Assembly (NCBI GenBank): GCA_000166095.1
Contig: CP002278.1
Span: forward strand, 330,001-362,000
DNA: 32,000 bases
Reading direction: 5' to 3'
Source of the DNA: Methanothermus fervidus DSM 2088
GTDB taxonomy: Archaea > Methanobacteriota > Methanobacteria > DSM-2088 > Methanothermaceae
This document shows positions 27,143 through 32,000 of the stretch, one piece after another. The translations under genes were made by a program, and so were the position numbers. Position 1 is the first letter of the stretch. Every line of letters starts with the position of its first letter. The notes beneath the pieces are model-generated. The model saw nothing but the letters and a program-made list of their open reading frames with translations, had not been told where the DNA came from and did not search any database.

Positions 27143-29773
27143 TCATCCTACAGCAATCTCTAAAACAACGTCTACATTTTCAGGTTTTACTATTTCAACT
27201 TTTTCACCAGTCTCTCCTATAATTTCTTTTTCTACCCTTATATCATCCTTTGTTATAGTTTTACCATCAATTTCAATTCCTTCTTTCAATTTTTCAATTA
27301 ATATTTCTGGATCTTCAGAATTTAGGTATTTAATCACTTTTGAAGTTTTATCTCTAAATTTAGGCCCTATTCTGTCCATTAATGGCTCTATTCTAATTAT
27401 TTTTTCTTTGACACTGGGCTTACCTGCCTTTATTTCTAAATCTTGAATTCTTATCGTACCCTTAATATCATCAAAAAATGGTTTTATTTTTTCAACGGTT
27501 TCTTCATCACCGTAAATTTTCACTTGCTTAATTTCTGCATTTAGAGGTATTCCCTTGTCTGATTTAAATCTACGTAACTCCCTAATTATTTCTACTGCAG
27601 TATCTCCACACTCCTCAATTTCTGGATCTATTAATTCATAATTAGTTGTAGGCCATGAAGTTAAATGTATACTTTTATCATCAAAATGTTGATACACTTC
27701 CTCTACAAAATGTGGCACAAATGGTGCAAGCAATTTTAAACAAGTTTTAAGGACTTTTTCCAGAGTTCTTTTAGCACCTTCTCTCATTTCTTTATTTTCG
27801 TCAGAATAAAGTCTATATTTCACAGCCTCTATATATTCATCACAGAAAACATGCCAAACAAACTGTTGAATATTTGTTATAGCATCTGCAAAATTATATT
27901 GATTTATGGATTTTGTAACATTCTCAACAAGACGATTTAATTTTGATAATATCCATCTGTCCATATAATTTAATTTAGCTTCAACTTCATTCTCTTCTTC
28001 CTTAAATATATGAATACTCATAAATCTAAATGCATTCCAAAACTTCCTTAAAAATTTATATCCATATTTCACATCTTTCCATGCAAAAGGCACATCTGAA
28101 CCTGGGACACTATTTGCTGCCCATAGTCTTAAAGCATCTGCACCATATTTTTCTAATACTTCCTCAGGTTCTATAACATTTCCTCGTGATTTACTCATTT
28201 TATGTCCATCTTCGCCAAAAACCATTCCATTTATCACAATTTCATCAAAAGGTTTTTCACCTGTTAATGCCTTACACCTTAATATTGTGTAGAATGCCCA
28301 CGTACGTATTATGTCGTGTCCTTGTGGCCTTAAATTTGCTGGAAATAATTTTCTATAATTTTTTTGGGGCCATCCAGCTACAACAAGTGGTGAGATAGAA
28401 CTATCCATCCAGGTATCCAATACATCTCTTTCTGGTATAAATTCATTGCAACCACATTCACATGTAAAATTAGGTTTTTCTTTTGTTGGATCTACAGGTA
28501 ACATGTCTTCTGTTGCAACATGTGGTTTTCCACATTCTTTACAATACCAGACAGGTATTGGAGTACCAAAAATTCTTTGTCTAGATATACACCAATCCCA
28601 TTCCATGGCATCTATCCAATTTAAAAGCCGAGTTTTCATATGTTCAGGATGCCATTTTATTTCATTTATAGTTTTTTTGACATCTTTTTTTAATTTATTT
28701 ACATCTATAAACCACTGTTTTTTAACAAGGATTTCCACTGGTGTTTTACATCTCCAACATCTTCCCACATTTTGCTTTATTCTTTCTTTTTTGATTAAAA
28801 ATCCTTTTTTATCCAAATCCTCTATAATTTTGTTTCTACACTCCTCTATAGACAAACCTTCATATTTCTTAGCTGCTTTAGTCATTCTACCTTTTTCATC
28901 TATAGCATTGATAATTTTTAGATTATGACGTTTAACCCATAAAACATCTGTTTTGTCACCGAAGGTACATACCATGACTGCTCCTGTACCAAACTTAGGA
29001 TCTACATCTTCATCAGCTAATATTTCAACTTCTTGATTGAAAATAGGAACTTTAACTTTTTTTCCAACCATGTCTGTATATCTTTCGTCATCTGGATGTA
29101 CTAAGACAGCAACACAAGCTGGTAACAATTCTGGACGTGTAGTTGCAATTACAATATCACTCTCTGATCCTTCAAACTTTATATAATTTAAATAAGTTTC
29201 TTTTTCTGAATATTCAACTTCTGCAAATGCTATAGCTGTTTCACATCTTGGACACCAATTCACAGGGTGAACACCACGATATATCAATCCTTCTTTATAC
29301 ATTTTTAAAAATGAGAGTTGAGTTTTCTTTATGTATTCAGGGTCCATAGTTATGTATTCTCTGTCCCAATCCTGACTAAATCCTAATGAAATCATTTGTC
29401 TTTTCATTCTTTTTATATTCTCAGTTGTAAGGTCAATACACATCTTCTTGAATTTTTCTCTAGGTACATCTCCTTTTTTGATGTTATGTATTTCCTCTAC
29501 CTTAACTTCTGTTGGAAGTCCATGACAATCCCATCCCTGAGGAAACAAAACATTGAACCCATTCATTCTTTTGAATCTGGCAATTATATCCATATATACC
29601 CAATTTAATACATGACCCATATGTATAGAACCTGTAGGATAAGGTGGAGGTGTATCTATAACATAAGAAGGTCTTTTATCAGTTTCAAATGCATATATTT
29701 TGTCTTTTTGCCACTTTTTTTGCCATTTGCTTTCATTTTTTGGATCATAATCTTTTGGGATTTCAACACGCAT
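27143..29773 (-). CDS. valS: Valine--tRNA ligase
   Basis: 876 aa from '[12 protein letters not shown]'. HIGH-type '[13 protein letters not shown]', 'KMSKS', editing domain, and archaeal ValRS length. GGAGAG RBS. The 28 upstream codons in the track were rejected. Confidence 0.9.
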   Translation of the reverse strand: MRVEIPKDYDPKNESKWQKKWQKDKIYAFETDKRPSYVIDTPPPYPTGSIHMGHVLNWVYMDIIARFKRMNGFNVLFPQGWDCHGLPTEVKVEEIHNIKKGDVPREKFKKMCIDLTTENIKRMKRQMISLGFSQDWDREYITMDPEYIKKTQLSFLKMYKEGLIYRGVHPVNWCPRCETAIAFAEVEYSEKETYLNYIKFEGSESDIVIATTRPELLPACVAVLVHPDDERYTDMVGKKVKVPIFNQEVEILADEDVDPKFGTGAVMVCTFGDKTDVLWVKRHNLKIINAIDEKGRMTKAAKKYEGLSIEECRNKIIEDLDKKGFLIKKERIKQNVGRCWRCKTPVEILVKKQWFIDVNKLKKDVKKTINEIKWHPEHMKTRLLNWIDAMEWDWCISRQRIFGTPIPVWYCKECGKPHVATEDMLPVDPTKEKPNFTCECGCNEFIPERDVLDTWMDSSISPLVVAGWPQKNYRKLFPANLRPQGHDIIRTWAFYTILRCKALTGEKPFDEIVINGMVFGEDGHKMSKSRGNVIEPEEVLEKYGADALRLWAANSVPGSDVPFAWKDVKYGYKFLRKFWNAFRFMSIHIFKEEENEVEAKLNYMDRWILSKLNRLVENVTKSINQYNFADAITNIQQFVWHVFCDEYIEAVKYRLYSDENKEMREGAKRTLEKVLKTCLKLLAPFVPHFVEEVYQHFDDKSIHLTSWPTTNYELIDPEIEECGDTAVEIIRELRRFKSDKGIPLNAEIKQVKIYGDEETVEKIKPFFDDIKGTIRIQDLEIKAGKPSVKEKIIRIEPLMDRIGPKFRDKTSKVIKYLNSEDPEILIEKLKEGIEIDGKTITKDDIRVEKEIIGETGEKVEIVKPENVDVVLEIAVG

Positions 29774-29846
29774 GGTATCTCTCCATGGAAACCTTTTTAT
29801 GTTACTGTATTCTATTAACATAAACATAAAATATGGTGTGTGGAAA

Positions 29847-30203
29847 ATGGGCATCACATGGTTCTACATAGCAGTGTTTCTTGCAATTAGTGATGAAATA
29901 CATACTAAAATAATGTGGGATATACTTTTAGACTTTTATATATTGTTAGCAGGCATTATAAAAGAAATTGTTTCATCAAACATACAAGTGTGGCTTATTC
30001 ATGAAATTTTGGAAGCATTATTTCACTTCATAGTTTTATCATTGGTATTTTTTTCAGTAGAAATTGGTTTTTTGGCAGCTGTAGTGCACATGACTGTTGA
30101 TATATTCCATGAATTGAGTGGTAGAGAATACAGCTGGTTACATCATAGAGCTTTACACTTCACAGTGGAGTCATTATTCTTTATAATGGTAGGTATTAGA
30201 TAA
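29847..30203 (+). CDS. Hypothetical small multi-pass membrane protein, His-rich (118 aa)
   Basis: Start trimmed to '[14 protein letters not shown]' (GGTG 8 nt upstream). 3-4 hydrophobic helices. 'HMTVDIFHE' and 'LHHRALH' motifs. Divergent from valS. Confidence 0.45.
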   Translation: MGITWFYIAVFLAISDEIHTKIMWDILLDFYILLAGIIKEIVSSNIQVWLIHEILEALFHFIVLSLVFFSVEIGFLAAVVHMTVDIFHELSGREYSWLHHRALHFTVESLFFIMVGIR

Positions 30204-30275
30204 TTTATTTTTATATTTAAATAAAAACTTAAGCATGGTCATTTGCTTAAAGTAATTTTCATGAGGTGAATAATC

Positions 30276-31940
30276 ATGCCAGTGATAACCATAAAATTTG
30301 ATGAATTAAGAAAATTGGGAATTGAACTTAGCAATGAAGAAATCATTGAGACATTGCCTATGTTAGGTTGTGATATTGAAGATTATGATGATAATGTTCT
30401 TAAAGTAGAATTTTTCCCAAATCGTCCAGATAACTTTTCTGTTGAAGGTATTTCTAGAAGTTTAAAAGGATTTTTAGGGATGGAATTAGGCATACCTAAG
30501 TATACAATCAAAGATTCTGGTTTTAAAGTGTTTGTAGATGAAAAAATATCTAAAATTAGGCCATTTATCGCTGTCTGTATAGTGAAAAATTTAGAATTTA
30601 ATGAAGACAAAGTAAAACAAATTATGGAGTTTCAAGAAGATCTACATTGGGTCATGGGTAGAGATAGAAAAAAAGTTGCTATAGGTCTCCATAATTATGA
30701 TGTTGTCACGCCTCCCTTTTATTATAAGGCAGCTGACCCAGATAATGTAGCATTTGTTCCTCTTAACAGCCAGGAAAAGATGACACTTAGAGAAATACTT
30801 AATAAACATGAAACTGGTCGAAAATATGCGCATTTATTAAAACAATACAAAAAATATCCTCTAATTTTAGATGATGATGACAATGTCCTTTCAATGCCTC
30901 CAATAATAAATGCAGAACTAACAAAAATTGATGAAAATACGAAAAATGTACTTATAGATGTTACAGGTACAGATTTTAAAGCTGTAATGCAAACTGTCAA
31001 TATATTATCAACCTCCTTTGCAGAAAGTGGTGGAAAAATTGAAACAGTTGAAATTATTTACCCTGATAAGAAAGTAAAGACTCCAGATTTAACTCCTAAA
31101 ACCAAGTTGCTAAATGTAGAAAACGTTAAAAAAATTATAGGTCATGATATTAGTTTAGATGAAATAAAACATTCATTATTAAAGGCGAGAATGGATGTAG
31201 AAGAGATTTCAGATGATAAATTAAAAGTTTATATCCCTGCTTATAGGGTTGATATACTTCATGAAGTTGATATAATAGAAAATGTTGCGATACAATACCG
31301 TTTTAATAATATCAAGCCAAGATTACCAAAAGTTGCCACTGTTGGTGAAGAAGACCCATGGTATATTTCTGACAACGTATTACGGAAAATTATGGTTGGT
31401 TTAGGTTTCCAGGAAATTATGAGTTTAATGTTGACAAATGAAGATACACATTACAAAAAAATGAGATTAAAGGAAGACGATAGGGTTCAAGTTTCTCAAC
31501 CAATTTCAGAAGATAGAACTATGATAAGAAAAAGCCTTCTAGGAAATCTCATGGAATTTTTAAGGGACAATAGACATGCTGAATTGCCACAAAAAATATT
31601 TGAAGTTGGTGAAGCTGTATATATTGACAAAAAATCTGAAACAAAAGTAAAAAGTGTTAAAAAATTGGCAGGGGCAGTAATGCATTCAAATACTAATTTT
31701 ACAGAAATAAAATCAATTGTAGCTACAATAATCAAAAACTTAGGTTATAAAATGGAGTTAGAGAAGACTAACCATCCTAGTTTTATCAAAGGTAGGGTAG
31801 CAAAGGTTAGAGCTAAAATGAAAGACAAGGCTTCAATAGAGGGCGTTTTTGGTGAAATACATCCAGAAGTTATAATTAATTTTGATTTAGAGTATCCTGT
31901 TACAGCCTTTGAATTAGAATTTACTCACCAACAACCATAA
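30276..31940 (+). CDS. pheT: Phenylalanine--tRNA ligase beta subunit (archaeal type)
   Basis: 554 aa. N-terminal B3/4 domain 'FFPNRPDNFSVEGISRSL', then B5 and the C-terminal catalytic-like domain. GAGGTGA RBS. Confidence 0.9.
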   Translation: MPVITIKFDELRKLGIELSNEEIIETLPMLGCDIEDYDDNVLKVEFFPNRPDNFSVEGISRSLKGFLGMELGIPKYTIKDSGFKVFVDEKISKIRPFIAVCIVKNLEFNEDKVKQIMEFQEDLHWVMGRDRKKVAIGLHNYDVVTPPFYYKAADPDNVAFVPLNSQEKMTLREILNKHETGRKYAHLLKQYKKYPLILDDDDNVLSMPPIINAELTKIDENTKNVLIDVTGTDFKAVMQTVNILSTSFAESGGKIETVEIIYPDKKVKTPDLTPKTKLLNVENVKKIIGHDISLDEIKHSLLKARMDVEEISDDKLKVYIPAYRVDILHEVDIIENVAIQYRFNNIKPRLPKVATVGEEDPWYISDNVLRKIMVGLGFQEIMSLMLTNEDTHYKKMRLKEDDRVQVSQPISEDRTMIRKSLLGNLMEFLRDNRHAELPQKIFEVGEAVYIDKKSETKVKSVKKLAGAVMHSNTNFTEIKSIVATIIKNLGYKMELEKTNHPSFIKGRVAKVRAKMKDKASIEGVFGEIHPEVIINFDLEYPVTAFELEFTHQQP

Positions 31941-32000
31941 TATTTACAGTCCTTGTCCTTGGACCATCTAATTCCACGAAAAAAATTCTTTGCCAAGTCC

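Noticed and set aside
28186-28928. Plus-strand ORFs (70 and 160 aa) antisense to valS, and similar ones at 29396..29818
   Set aside because: Nested antisense to a conserved aaRS gene. Composition is an artefact of the opposite frame. No start context.
29774-29857. 28-codon extension of valS and the matching 25-codon extension (29772..29846) of the opposite-strand membrane ORF
   Set aside because: ValRS homology begins at [11 protein letters not shown], which has its own GGAGAG RBS. The extensions cover the divergent promoter region and mutually overlap.
31941-32000. Possible 3' end of a minus-strand gene at the window edge
   Set aside because: Only about 60 nt are available and more than one frame is open (e.g. 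..RIFFVELDGPRTRTVNIMVVGE*). The frame cannot be chosen and no product can be assigned.
1-32000. Search for CRISPR arrays, toxin-antitoxin pairs, restriction-modification or other defence islands, transposons, rRNA and C/D-box sRNAs
   Set aside because: No regularly spaced direct repeats and no nuclease, transposase or Cas-like ORFs. The only stand-alone methyltransferase is a small-molecule/UbiE type without a DNA-MTase motif. Intergenic regions are short and I saw no convincing C (RUGAUGA) plus D (CUGA) box pair outside coding sequence.

Overview
AT-rich (roughly 30% GC by eye, not computed) chromosomal segment of a hydrogenotrophic methanogenic archaeon, probably Methanococcales- or Methanobacteriales-like. 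Markers supporting this are SepRS, an Hmd paralogue, CfbD of F430 biosynthesis, the archaeal CTP-dependent riboflavin kinase, a pterin-binding DHPS-like protein and an intron-containing tRNA. About 34 genes are densely packed, many with overlapping stop/start codons and GGAGG/GGTGA ribosome-binding sites. Most are housekeeping. Translation genes: sepS, gatA, valS, pheT, tRNA-Met(CAU) with a 21-nt intron, and a TtuA/Ncs6-like tRNA thiolase. Cofactor and amino-acid genes: ribK, ribB, pdxS, cfbD, aroA and hisH. I see no CRISPR array, transposase, integrase or recognisable defence system, and I cannot point to one clear-cut new system. The less ordinary content is: (1) two tandem 64/65-aa Flp/Tad-type pilin genes with a G/XXXXEY leader, next to a CpaB/RcpC-like membrane protein; (2) two further class-III-signal/pilin-like genes, each beside a V4R-domain gene, one of which is split by a frameshift in an A9 tract; (3) an Hmd-paralogue operon ending in a domain-permuted CobB/CobQ-like amidotransferase (GATase first, ATPase second); (4) an 838-aa orphan secreted, C-terminally anchored protein next to the tRNA gene; (5) a HisH-type glutaminase overlapping by 1 nt a PurM-superfamily protein of unknown function. 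All functional calls come from motif-level reading of the supplied translations. No database search was run.
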